This document shows positions 37,403 through 49,060 of a stretch of 64,000 nt of DNA, piece by piece. Where the stretch lies: the NCBI GenBank assembly GCA_977030845.1, contig OZ365114.1, forward strand, positions 26,598,001 to 26,662,000, read 5' to 3'. The position numbers were made by a program, and so were the translations under genes. This DNA comes from Fimbriosthenelais zetlandica (Eukaryota). The first letter of the stretch is position 1. Each line of letters opens with the position of its first letter. The notes beneath the pieces are model-generated. The model was not told the DNA's origin. It ran no database searches and saw only the letters and a program-made list of their open reading frames with translations.

Positions 37403-40400
37403 TCTTGTTCTAATGCGTCAGTGTCTCTTTTCACAGGTTTTGGGTGTTATTCATGAGCAGAAGGACCCGGATGAAGGTCATACACGTTGGTCTACCAAAG
37501 AAAAATACTGGGAATTATGAATGGGCTCAGACATTAGTCCCATTATCCCAATACCTCAACTAATAGATCAGTGTACACCTACGACTTGCTATCATGTACT
37601 ATACCATGAATCTTTCCTTTGGTAAGAAATTTCAGGGAATGCATTAAGGCCTTAATGTAAGGTTGGTTTCCATATAAGTGAATTCTGGCAGCTTTGATTA
37701 TGATGAGAGGGCTTCATGCCCCAAGCAATGTGATTTATTTAATGAGTAGGAAAGGGGTTGTAGGCTCTTAGTCTCACATTCATGATTCATGTCCTCCCCT
37801 GAGGCTAAAAATAAAGTACATCCACTTTCTCTTTACATCATGTCACTTCTGTAATCAAGAAACTTACCAAAGTAGTTCGGATGATGTCTGAATTGAAATG
37901 TTTCGCATCTGTCTACCGTTAAAAACTAACAGGGAATGGCAGTTTAACAGGTGATGTCATGCTAGTATATCATTGTTAACTAAATGGTCTTATACGAGCC
38001 TCCTTAAGAGTAAACACACGGTCATGTTTTTTAGCCAGGCCAACTGATTGCGGTCTCACGGCCAATGTGCCACAGGTCATTAGAAAATGAGTTTCAGTGC
38101 ACTTTTTACGCTTCTTTATGTCCACCTAAAAATGCATCGGATCAAGAGGTGGGTCACTAATAGGATTATGTTGCCACATCATTGGGGTGTGTGTCATATA
38201 TATTCAGTGAATGAATGATGCTTAATTAACTGTGGGTATTAGGTCCAGTACCTTGGCAAGTGAAAGAAGTGTCGTTAAGAAGCTGACGTCGTATCCTGGC
38301 TTATCAATTTTGTATAAGTTGTCCCCTGGATATGAATAGGACTGGGGCTAGTTGAGATTTACTAGCAGGTGCATGTAATGAATCGGTTTGAGGGGGATTG
38401 TAGTTTACGGTGGCCGTAGTGGCTACTTGTGTGTAAAGGAACATAAATTCACAGTATGTCTTTGTATTGTGACAGAAGGGCATCAAAATGCCAGAGGAAA
38501 TTGAGGTCATTATTTTCATGGCAACCTGAATAGTTAATCTGCAGTAAGGGGAGCTTTCTTTTTCCTTTTTAAGATGCAGAAGTAATCTGTAAAATATCTG
38601 GGGTGGGGTATTTTTAAATCAAAAATATTCTATGCCATGCATCAAGGAAGCCCAGGGAACGTATAGGCTTGTGGGGTAATTCAAGCAGAATGTTCACCAG
38701 GGTATTATTAAACACACTCCCCACAATGACTGAATGACCCGGTACAACCTACCAACTGCGCATCCTACTGCGCAGGTGCAACGGCTTGTGGGATAGCGTG
38801 TACAAGCCTGGGGTGTAGACGGCAGGTCGTCTTGTTTAAGATAGCTCTCAGTTTGGCTGCACTTCCACAGAGGAAACTTAGGTTAATGCTCTTTAAGTAT
38901 CCACACAGAGGTCAAAGAACCTTCTGACCATGTGGACCCGGAGTTTGCACGTCTAGGCCATATATACAACTGTCACTGATGTTTTAGACTGTGTGGAGTG
39001 CTGCAAGTTCAGTAAATTAGAGCCAGTCGTACTTTGAATGGCTGGACAGCGGAAATATGACCTGAGCTGGAACTCGTTCATGACTGGGCCTTTTTTAACT
39101 TGTAGAAAATCCAATTACCAGTCAATTTGCCTTGACGATCTTTTTTTCTTCACCAGAGTGAGTTGTAATTGAGTCTGGAGAAAGGTTGGGCTATGTCAGA
39201 AACTCTGGTTATTTGGTTTTCCCATTATTGAATAATTCATCTTTTGTCAGGAGGCTCCAATTTAGTGAATATATTTGATGTTTTCCTACGGCAAATTGTC
39301 TTAGAAAGAGAGCAAGTCGACAATCAGCAATAAAATTCATCAGCTGGCATTTTTACAGAAATCTCCAGAATTCACTGACTCCTCTGAGACAGTTCTATTG
39401 GAGAAGTCCTTTAAGGCGTCCCCCATCTTAAAGTTCAGGGATTTAATTTTAATCTCCTGATCGTTTTAAATTTGAGACTCAAGACGGGGGGAGGCGGGTC
39501 ATAATCAAACCAAAAGAAATGCAAAAAGTTGAATGGCAAGGACTCGCTTACATGGCTGTGCTGTATGAAATTGATATGAACAAATAAACCTATATTATCC
39601 TGACAATTATCATCAAGGATATAATGTGCATGGGTAGCCCCTAAGCATTATATGGTTTATAAGGTTAGCTTTTATCCTGAAGTGCCTAAAAGGCTCGATC
39701 TGTTTGTCAAGACAGGAAAAAGAAGTACAATGCCAAGTGGAGTATTTCTACTTGATCTATAATAATGTTTCTTTGATCAGGGCCTGAGGTAGTGAGGATG
39801 AATGACCGCCTGAATACACAGATTCACGGACAATATGTAATAGATATTTACATGTGTCTACCCACATCTAACATCATGACCTTATTCCATTACCCACTGA
39901 CAGATAAACCATGGATAATCCCAAGATAAGCCCCTCCCATCACCTGCCAATCTATACCACATAGGCACTGCCCCTTTAAGCCACTAGCGCCCTCTATTTC
40001 ATGAGAAATACAACAAAGGTCCGCTTATATCATACATAATCGACCCTGATGCCTTCGACAGCGCCATATTCCTCCTAGCGGCCAGATTCGACATTAACTG
40101 CTAGGTTACATTACATCTGGCTTTTCCCATGATGCATTTCCCAGGGGCGTGTGTATAGGTATGACGTCAGAGATCACGTGCCATGTATCTATAAGGTGAG
40201 AGGCTGTTTTACATTAATCAGATGTCTGAGTCTACTCCTACACCAGCAAGCCATATACCCGCACAATCGTTCTCAATCATCCCATCTTTTGATCATCTGT
40301 CTACGCCCTATTTCTTATTTCTGACGACTACACATGTTATGGTAGTGATTCGCAGATGATTTCCAGTCTGATAGACGAAATTCTACTGACTTTAAGTGGA

Positions 40401-40802
40401 CTGAAAATGCAGTGTCAAACCTAATTTTTCAGAGCACTAATGATAGTATCCTACTTCAAAGATGTTAAAAGATGTTTTTCTTAGCTTTGTACAATGATCT
40501 GTTATCTTTTCTAGGATTGCACTTCGGGGATCTTGGAATATACCAACTAACCCCTTCTCCATGCGGATGCTCACAGCTGAAAAAGATTTAGCCTGGTATC
40601 CTTAAGGTAAAGCTGACATATTTGATCCACTCCCTGGTACTGAACCTAGGAGTAAGTAATGTAGCTGTCTCAAACAGCAAAAATAACAAAAAAATACACT
40701 TTTTCCTCTTCTTTACGTCCATATCTCAATCTTATTTTGTACCAAGTCGTTCCACTACGGGACAGATCCAGGTTTTTTCACATGAGGTGGTGGGCGGACG
40801 CC

Positions 40803-40885
40803 GGGTTAGTGTTATGGTTAAGACTAACCCTAGGGTTTGCGATTACCCTGGGATTAGGGTTAACCCTAGGGTTAGGGTTAACCCT
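40803..40885. repeat. Interstitial telomere-like palindromic array
   Basis: About 3.5 units of TAACCCTAGGGTTAGGGT, with 12-bp palindromes AACCCTAGGGTT (x2) and AGGGTTAACCCT (x2). Confidence 0.85.
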
Positions 40886-41138
40886 CAGAACATATGAGGG
40901 GTGCGCGCCCCCTGCACCCTCAACCCAAAATGCGCGCATGCGTCCCGAATGGAACTTTAACTAACTAGTGCTGGGACTGAGGAAAAGAGATCTTCACTTG
41001 AGCCTAACTTTAAGTAAGAATGTAAAAATGCATTTATAAGATACATCATAGTATCCGAGAGTCCTACAATTGATGTTTTCAGGATCTTCATGGCAAAAAA
41101 GTGCATAATCATGGGCCGACAGACACAAAACAGAAGAG

Positions 41139-41301
41139 CCAATGAGATCACGGGGCAAGTGCACATGTGCATCCAATCAGGAGAGGGAGAAAAACTTTCC
41201 GACCAATCAGAATTGTGCACCTGGGCGGAGCCCCCTATTGACGGGTAAAGGAAACATGGTGACAGCTGTAAGTGGCACTTTATACCAGAAGAGGGCAGCT
41301 C
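41139..41301 (+). promoter_or_regulatory. Promoter-like motif cluster: 3x CCAAT, GC box, CTCF-like site
   Basis: CCAAT at 41139, 41173 and 41203, GGGCGGAG at about 41223, and CCAGAAGAGGGCAGC at about 41287. Confidence 0.4.
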
Positions 41302-43274
41302 TAGGTTACACACCATGAAAGCCGTGTAACATCCATGCAAACATATCATTATCTACCTCCCATAGAGTCTCTGTCAGGTGGTAAAACATAATAAATTATC
41401 TCCAATGATACGGTTTCATATGGATCTAACAAGGATTAAGTTTGACCTTTTTGTATACTAAAAATGGATTTCTTTGTTGAAGTCACATTGCTGAGTCATG
41501 TGTGGAAGGGTTCCATCGCGGATAAGATCAGTAGAATTAGTAGGTGTGACTGGCTCATTTGTTGCAGTGTCAGACATATGTCTATACATATGGTAGGTTC
41601 ATTATCATGGACCCCTGCCTGATTCAAACATTAACCTCTATTATAAGCTTTAGTAGTTCAGTAACAAGCCGTTCCTTTCACTTCACACATCATTTCCTGC
41701 CACTACAAGCAGCGTACGTCTTGTTATACATGTACAGAGATTAATAGCTAAAAGATACCACAACAAGGGCGCCTCATTAAGCAGAGAGGTGAGTGGAGAT
41801 AGACATGGAGATTAGAAACAAGACTGACATGGATTGTGGGAGTGGGAAGCATGGGAGCAAGCAGGAACCAAACTGAGATAGTATAGCATCTGGGCATTCA
41901 TAAAGAGATAGCTCAAAGATGCAGAGATAGAAAGCAAAGATATGATCAGTTACAAGGAGTAGAAATGATACAGTGGGATCCTGCTTCCAGTTTTGGTCGC
42001 TACTTCAGCCTTCTAATTTCCTTGGTTACGCTTGTTTTCCCACGTGAAGAACAGAGAGAGGGAGAGGTTCGTGAGGGCAAAACGATATATCTACCACTCC
42101 TCACCAGTCGCACCTTACCAGCCATTCTCAGAGCCTTCTCACAAACTGCTGAATCATGCATTTCCACAGACTCACACATTACACTCTGCTCCTCCCCCAA
42201 CCAGGGAACTCAATTAGCAACGCTAATCTACTTCTATTAGTGAATATATTGCACGCGTGAGGGAGTCGGTTAGTACAAGGCCTGAAGAAATGATATTTCT
42301 CTGGGCTCATGATTTGACCAAGCTGCTTCAACGTAGGTGGTTTTCACTTAATATAAATTGTATGGCTTGTAAATGTTCTCTTTGAGGAAAACACTCAATG
42401 ATTGATTGTTTCCAGAGAGTATTTTCCTTTTGGCCTAATTTGAGGCCATGACTCTGGTCCATGAGAATGGCTGAGTTGAGGAAAAGAGCTTGAGAGAGAG
42501 TCTGAGAGAAGCTATAAATGGACCAACATGTGCCTCACACACTGGGCATAGCGTGGGAAAAGCTGCAAGTTCTGGACAGATGGGGAAAAATGTGTGCAGA
42601 CCTGAGACTTGGATATGGACTAATGAGAGTGGAATAGTACAAGGTGAAGTGGGGTATCACCTCTTTATAGTAGAGGTCAATTAGGATGAACGCTTCAGGT
42701 ATTCCTGTCAATACAAAATCCAATATTACAATCTGCTGACTACTGAGGCAGAGGTTGTAATGTGAATGTTGCTGAACCAAATAAGGGGTTCATGAAAAGT
42801 GGGTAAAATGATCAATGAAACTAGTCCGAGCAGTCAAAAGTTCAAGGTTATTTCATATCGATCGAATATCTTTTTCGTTGAAAACACTACCCAACTTTTA
42901 CTTGGGTTCTCTCAACTTTCATTGACATCAGATGCTTCCAGGAAGGATTATCTTGAGGCATATAAGACGAACATGTAGAACTATGCTTTGTTTCTGAAAG
43001 GCTCTCGCCATAAAAGATGATACTTCTTAGCAGCTTTCTACAATTACAGAGATGATTTTGATTGTGGATTGTATGGCTGTTTACCCTTACTTTCAACAAT
43101 CTTTCAGTTTTCCTCCTTGTAACAATAAGCCCTATGGGAGAGAACAGGAAAGATAAAGTATATGTAATTGGGCTATGAAAGTATATGTACATGTAAACTT
43201 ACTACACAAAAAGTCAAGAAAGAGAGAGAGGAGATAAAAGAAAGACGATCGAGAGAAGTTTTACAATAGGGATG

Positions 43275-43277
<3 letters not shown>

Positions 43278-43313
<36 letters not shown>

Positions 43314-43323
43314 AGAGAGAGAG
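43278..43323. repeat. (GA)n microsatellite
   Basis: Long GAGAGA run within a purine-rich tract (about 43210-43370). Confidence 0.95.
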
Positions 43324-43590
43324 ATGAGAGTGAAGAAGATGAGATGAGAATGAGACTAGAATGAAAGACGTAAAAGAGATGTGAAGCTGACAGGGTCTGA
43401 CACGTGCTTTACACGTCAGTGTTTTTGTGTTATAGAGGGCGCTAGTTGAGGAATGATGGACGAGGAGGGAGATGAAGATAAACGAGGTTAACACTCGTCA
43501 GCACTTCTATTGTCTTCTCATCCACAGCCCTCACAGTATCTACCTTTTAACATTCCGAAACTTTTGTTTGATCTTATAACCTCCTGCAAG

Positions 43591-43945
43591 GAACCTATGT
43601 TCCCTCTTCTATGGTTTTATTTTGACTGACTGTATCATCTGAACCTAAAGAAGAAGCACAACAGTAGTTGACAACAGTTGTTCAAGGCCGACTTATCGAG
43701 GATGAAAGTCAAAATTAGCTTTCTCTCCTGTAAAGTTCTATATGGAATTCATCTTCTACACTTGTGGAAGAAACCTATGTTCCCTCTTCTATGGTTTAAC
43801 CTCACTGACTGTATCATCTAAACATTAAATAAGAGGCACAAAAGGAGATAACAATAGTTATTCAAGACCGATACTGCAAAGCTTATCTGGGAATGAAAGT
43901 CAAAACTTAGCTTTCTCTCTCCTGTAACTATATGGCATTCATTTG
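43591..43945. repeat. Diverged 180-bp tandem duplication
   Basis: AACCTATGTTCCCTCTTCTATGGTTT starts at 43592 and 43772. Shared CTGACTGTATCATCT, TGAAAGTCAAAA and TTAGCTTTCTCTC downstream. Confidence 0.92.
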
Positions 43946-44169
43946 AAGCAAAGTATTCATAAGAATCCAAAATACAGTTTTAACATTCTCACTAGCACTA
44001 GCAGGATTTGTTGGCTATAGGCAAAAGCTTTTGGGAATAGATTACCTCTTAGAGGAATCGTAACAATTGTCTCCAGATGTTGGGAAGTCCTTCATAAAAT
44101 TTAAGCTCATGCCAGACACTTAAATGTCTAAGTAATTGTAAGTGATCTTTCAGCCAGTAGTCGTATTCA

Positions 44170-44412
44170 AGCAAATGGACTTGTATAGAGATTTCATGTC
44201 ACACATTATAATGCTCCTGACATCTGTGGGAAAGTATAGTCTACCTTGTTCTTGCCCCCTCTCAACCAACTGACATCGACAGGGCATAAAATGTCAATTT
44301 CATATGTTTCCCTCTATCGATGCAACAGGGAATATGGTTTACTGGGAATCCATTCCACCCTTTGCTCTTTTCTTGTATAGACCTACACTGAACTGTCATG
44401 AATGGAACTGGA
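44170..44412 (-). mobile_element. Decayed Penelope-like element RT fragment
   Basis: PVPFMTVQCRSIQEKS...PVNHIPCCIDRGKH resembles RPI+S.C.S.TE..S...P+V..+PSYI.DT.H. After a frameshift, IIMCDMKSLYKSI resembles L+T.DV.SLYT.IP. Confidence 0.55.
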
Positions 44413-47400
44413 AGTAAGTTCAGAACTATATTGTATAATGGTTACGCATGTATGTAAGTACATGAAAGTCAACTGCATTAAGGACTGCATTATGTATTGC
44501 ATTCAACATTGTATTTACTTTTGTTGGCTTATGGCTTATATTATTTAATTTCCCCCAACGGAATATGACATAGCAAAACAAAAGCATGTACTACATTTAA
44601 TCAGATGACTAACACATTAATCAGGTAAATAGCTGAATAAGTCATCCTAGAAGAAGCTTTAATCTTACACACGGACAGACGAGAGATGATTCCTCAATAT
44701 TCTATGGGTGAATGAATAATTTGTAAAGCGGAATGATCAAGATTTACATACCAGCTAGAAAGACCTCGCTGCTCTACGGCAGATGGTAATCGTAAACACT
44801 CCTGCAATGGAAAATTCATCAGACTGTTAAGTATAACTTTTATTAAACGAATCTAAATGAATAAACATATGCAAACGGTTAAAAGCACATTCCATATCAA
44901 ATTAATGCAACAGTCTAGTCTGCATTAACCAAACTCGGAAAGTTCCAGAACTTTCACTCCCAAGTAAGATGCTCGACTTGAATTTGATATCAACTATTAT
45001 AAAGTCAAGCCTTTCTAAATCCTTATAAGAAGACACAAGGATATCTTTTTAACCCATTTCCTACAGCTTTGATTAAGCGATCCTTCTCTTGACAGTCCCG
45101 GAACAAATGACAGGAACTTTGAGAAATAAATAGACTAATGTAAAGTTATGAAATGGCATTATCATCATATTACTTTGAAAGGGACATTTATGTTTCGAGG
45201 AGAGCATCTCGTATTTCTGTGTGTGGAACCGTCTCTGTGGACAGTTTCAATGTTGGACTAATCGCCAAGCTGAGAAGGCTTTTATTAAAACCATCTCACC
45301 ATCCTATGTTATAGCGAGACCATTATGAAATATTGATGTGGACTTTTGGAAATGAACTGGAGATTAAGCCCCTTTAAATCCTGAAGGAGAAAAACGTATG
45401 GAGTCTGTATTATGTACAGAATCCCATGATGGATTTCCATTCCCATTCAGATTCCCTTTGTGTATTTCAATAGAATTCCCATACGACACCATCCTATCCC
45501 CATGATGTATTCAGTGCATATTTATTGCAATACTGTGTGCCTATATGATGTATGGCATACATAGGACTTATCTCGCAATCCTATGGAATAAATCGTCATT
45601 GTTGAATAAATTAACGTAGATTTATGCAAAGAATATCCTTCCTATGAGCATCCGAGGTGCAATTAGAGCTGATTTTCAGAGGTACATTCGTATGTCATAT
45701 ATATACGTTCCAACATCCACCAGAAACCCCTGTATGCATCATGTGTTATGTAAAAGATTAAACATGGCAATGCTGAATGAAAGGCATTGTACAATCTGAT
45801 TTGCATCTGGATCTCAGTTGCCCATTTTGTGGTCCATCTTTTCACTGATTAGATAATCATGAGGTGCGATAAATATTAAAGCAGCTAACGCAAGCGTGGA
45901 TCATGGCGGATGAGATTAACAAGAAACTTCTGCTTCCACATGCATGGCCTGTCATCCCTAATATAGTTTCTTTAATGTTCCACTCCCCCAGAACCCCCTC
46001 TCAATAATTTAAGTGAATCCGGTGGCTGAGGGTTTCGCCTCTATTACAGCGTTCTCAATTAATTCAATCAAGCCATGTGCTTATCAAAGTAACACAGGCA
46101 TGCTGGGACCGATACACGGGCAGGAACAGGGCTTTACCTCCCAGCTCAATATGCAGATTGGAATATTTGAATAGAGATGATAGGATTGAGTGTAATTGAA
46201 ATTTGATCAGGATATTTGGAAATAACCAGTTATACTTGAATTGCAATGTATTGTTATGTTTCAATAGCCTCTGTCTCTTTATCCAATAGTTGGTCCACTT
46301 TTGTTTCGCTTGCCATTGCTTATTGTTTCTTTTATTTTAACTTCAGATTATTGGGACCATAATTCACTGTTAGGATAAACACTGAAGTAATCATAAACCT
46401 TATTTCAAGTTTCTGCAAAGAAATCAGCAATCAGGAGACCTCACAGCAATCAGAAGTCCTCAGAGTGTGAGCGAAATGTAGGAATGGCTTAAGAACAAGG
46501 ATTATGAAGAATTTACCTGACCATCATTGTCATTCAGAGTAAGGGATAAAAACGTTATAAATCCAATAGATCGGTAATGAAGCTTCGTAAATAAGACAAT
46601 AGTTTCAAGCTTTAAGAGCATCCTGCGTCATTCCTATTCATATTGCCTTCTGACAGTAACTTTTACAACTCGTTTCAGCGTTTGATATCACCCACAGATA
46701 AACCAATCATCCAATGATATTTCCTCCCAGGATAAAACCTCCTACATAAGAAATCATGAGAACATCCCACGTGTCTCTTTCATCAATTGCCCTTCACGAG
46801 TTTCCTTTTCATTCAAATTGCTGAGAAAGGCAGAAAAATTATTCGATGACAGAGAAAAAAGAACAAGGTCTTAGTTTCTCTGTTTCGCCCCGACTAGTCA
46901 TGATAGGCTATAGCGTGTTGGTTGGGTCAGTGAGGGTAACCCCGGGCTTTCTACCATATAATCTATTTCCTACCCTTATCAATGTCACAGGGTTGGCATC
47001 CACCACCTTCTTGACCTTTTTGACCTCAGGATGGGAGCTGGTCTGGGTCCATCCTAGGTGTGTCAATACTCTAGAGGGAGGGGTCGCGCCAGCAATGACT
47101 GTGGCCCAAACTTACACGAGAATCCTGGAAGTGTTCAATAACCTAATAATTTCTTCCTCCAGTCTTGGTATCATCCCGGTTTTCCCACACGAGCTGGTTT
47201 GTATAAAAAGCTGGCCAATGAAAGGAATCCACTGTTCATGCCACATTCTTGCTTTTCAGCTTGTCTTTAGAGTGGGGTGTGGCTCCATTCATGGCGGAAG
47301 TACGCGGATGATTCTTTTTGTGTGTGTAGGAATGTGAATGGAATGTCTGGATATATAAGTGAGGATTCCTTCATTATCTACTGATAAATGTATGGTAGCC

Positions 47401-47556
47401 TAGTTACTGTTCTAAAGAAAGCTTCTTTCTCCATCTATGATACAAATAATCCTTCATATAGACTGGAATAAAAAATCATGGAATATCTTGGGAAGGCTGG
47501 ACACCAATTTTGTTAAAAGTGCTTCCGCGGTAATCAAAAATAGAATTGAAAACGCC

Positions 47557-47830
47557 AAAACTTTGCAAGAATTGCAAGTCATGAATATCTAGAGGATATT
47601 TCTAATGACTCTTTACATACATTGGGTACCTACAATGGATCATTGCCTTACAAATCTTGCAGTGGTTGCTTCAAGTCGAGCTTGTCTATGAGACCAGGAA
47701 ACTTTGCAAGAATTGCAAGTCATGAATATCTAGTGGATATCTCAAATGACTTGGTGCACTAACTGGGTACCTCCCAGGGAAAATTGCCTTGTGATTCTTG
47801 CAGTGATTCTCGCACGTGGGGCTTGTATCC
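47557..47830. repeat. 141-bp tandem duplication with internal inverted repeats
   Basis: AACTTTGCAAGAATTGCAAGTCATGAATATCTAG recurs with period 141 (CTTTGCAAG at 47561 and 47702). Each unit has TGCAAGA...TCTTGCA arms and two inner hairpins. Confidence 0.92.
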
Positions 47831-48562
47831 TATACCTTTTTTTACACTGACGGATGCCTTTTACATGGGGGAGGACGGGGTATGAGTAAAAATTATCTAT
47901 AATAATATGCTCTTGAGGTTGTGTTTTCCAATAAACAGATACCTGTTCTCATGAGTTTATTCTTGAAAACAGGTGAGCGTTTCACACCCAGAACATTTCC
48001 ATTAAAACTTCAAACAGCACGGAATGCTGACCTTGCTCCCCTCACCCCTCAATCTCAACGTTAAAAGGATGTACTCCCTCTAGTCATTTAGACCTGAATG
48101 CTCCGTCAGATCGGGGTTTGTCCTTGTGGGGACATGCTGGGAATATTTGCTGGGAGCGGTAACTGTTGCGGGATTGATGCCCCTACAGAGTACAAAATGA
48201 TGGTCAATCAATAGAGGATAACTGTACCCTGTGGGTGAGATCTTATACTTGTTGGTCAACAAAAATATCTCACATTTAATAATCAACCCTCAAGATCTCA
48301 TTGACGATACCAACTACTTTGATCAAAGGAGTTGCTATCTAGACATACTGTGAAATTCTACGTTTAAGTAATCGCATAATATTGTTGGGTCAAAATTTCA
48401 TCGTACAATCAATTTCCTTGCTAAGGAAGAAGTAAAAAAAAAAGATCAGTTTTCATAAATTTCTGACAACCGTTTTGTCACATTTCAGATGGAGGTATCA
48501 ATCCATGCTATCAATTCCCATCATCGACATTGTTTCATGAACCATCAATTACCATCAGCTCG

Positions 48563-48673
48563 TTGAATTTCACCCTCCCTCTCCTCAGCACCATGATTGA
48601 ATGTTACAAAAATGGCTCCACCTCTGAATTTAATATCACTTGGCTGGACTTTGTCCCTGCCATCGCCAGTATC
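48563..48673 (+). mobile_element. Possible R2/NeSL-type RT motif relic
   Basis: STMIECYKNGSTSEFNITWLDFVPAIASI resembles L.+.W+D+.NAF.S+. Single motif. Confidence 0.4.
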
Positions 48674-48992
48674 GCCTCTATAGAGAATCATGAGTGTGAA
48701 CAAGACCAAAAAAAAAATCTTGATCGATCGTCAAACAAGTCCCCATCTCTACTTCTTAGGGAAAAGCACTTACACATGGTGAGCCTTTAGTCGGGTAAAA
48801 AGACCACTTATAGATGACTGTTAGACCAGCCCCGACATTTGCTCTTCCCCGTATCGCAGCCCCCAGCAGCATTTCAAACAAAATGGCGACCCTTCTGAAA
48901 TAAGAATTACTCTAAAACGTTAGAAGGGGAAACTTGCTGATGGTTGTACTGCTACCCAAGCACCTATAACACCAAAGAATACCAGCGTCCTC

Positions 48993-49060
48993 AGACTTGT
49001 TTCCATAGGAATATTAGCAATGCTAAGTCTATGGTCAATATTCATTTTAAAACAGACTCC
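48993..49060 (+). mobile_element. Harbinger/Tourist-like mini-MITE, copy 5
   Basis: AGACTTGTTTCC...ATTAGCAATGCTAAGTCTATGG...AAAACAGACTCC, followed by TG. Confidence 0.7.

Noticed and set aside
46846-47337. 163-aa plus-strand ORF
   Set aside because: No motif recognised. The opposite strand looks more like a decayed TE frame, but I could not assign it either.
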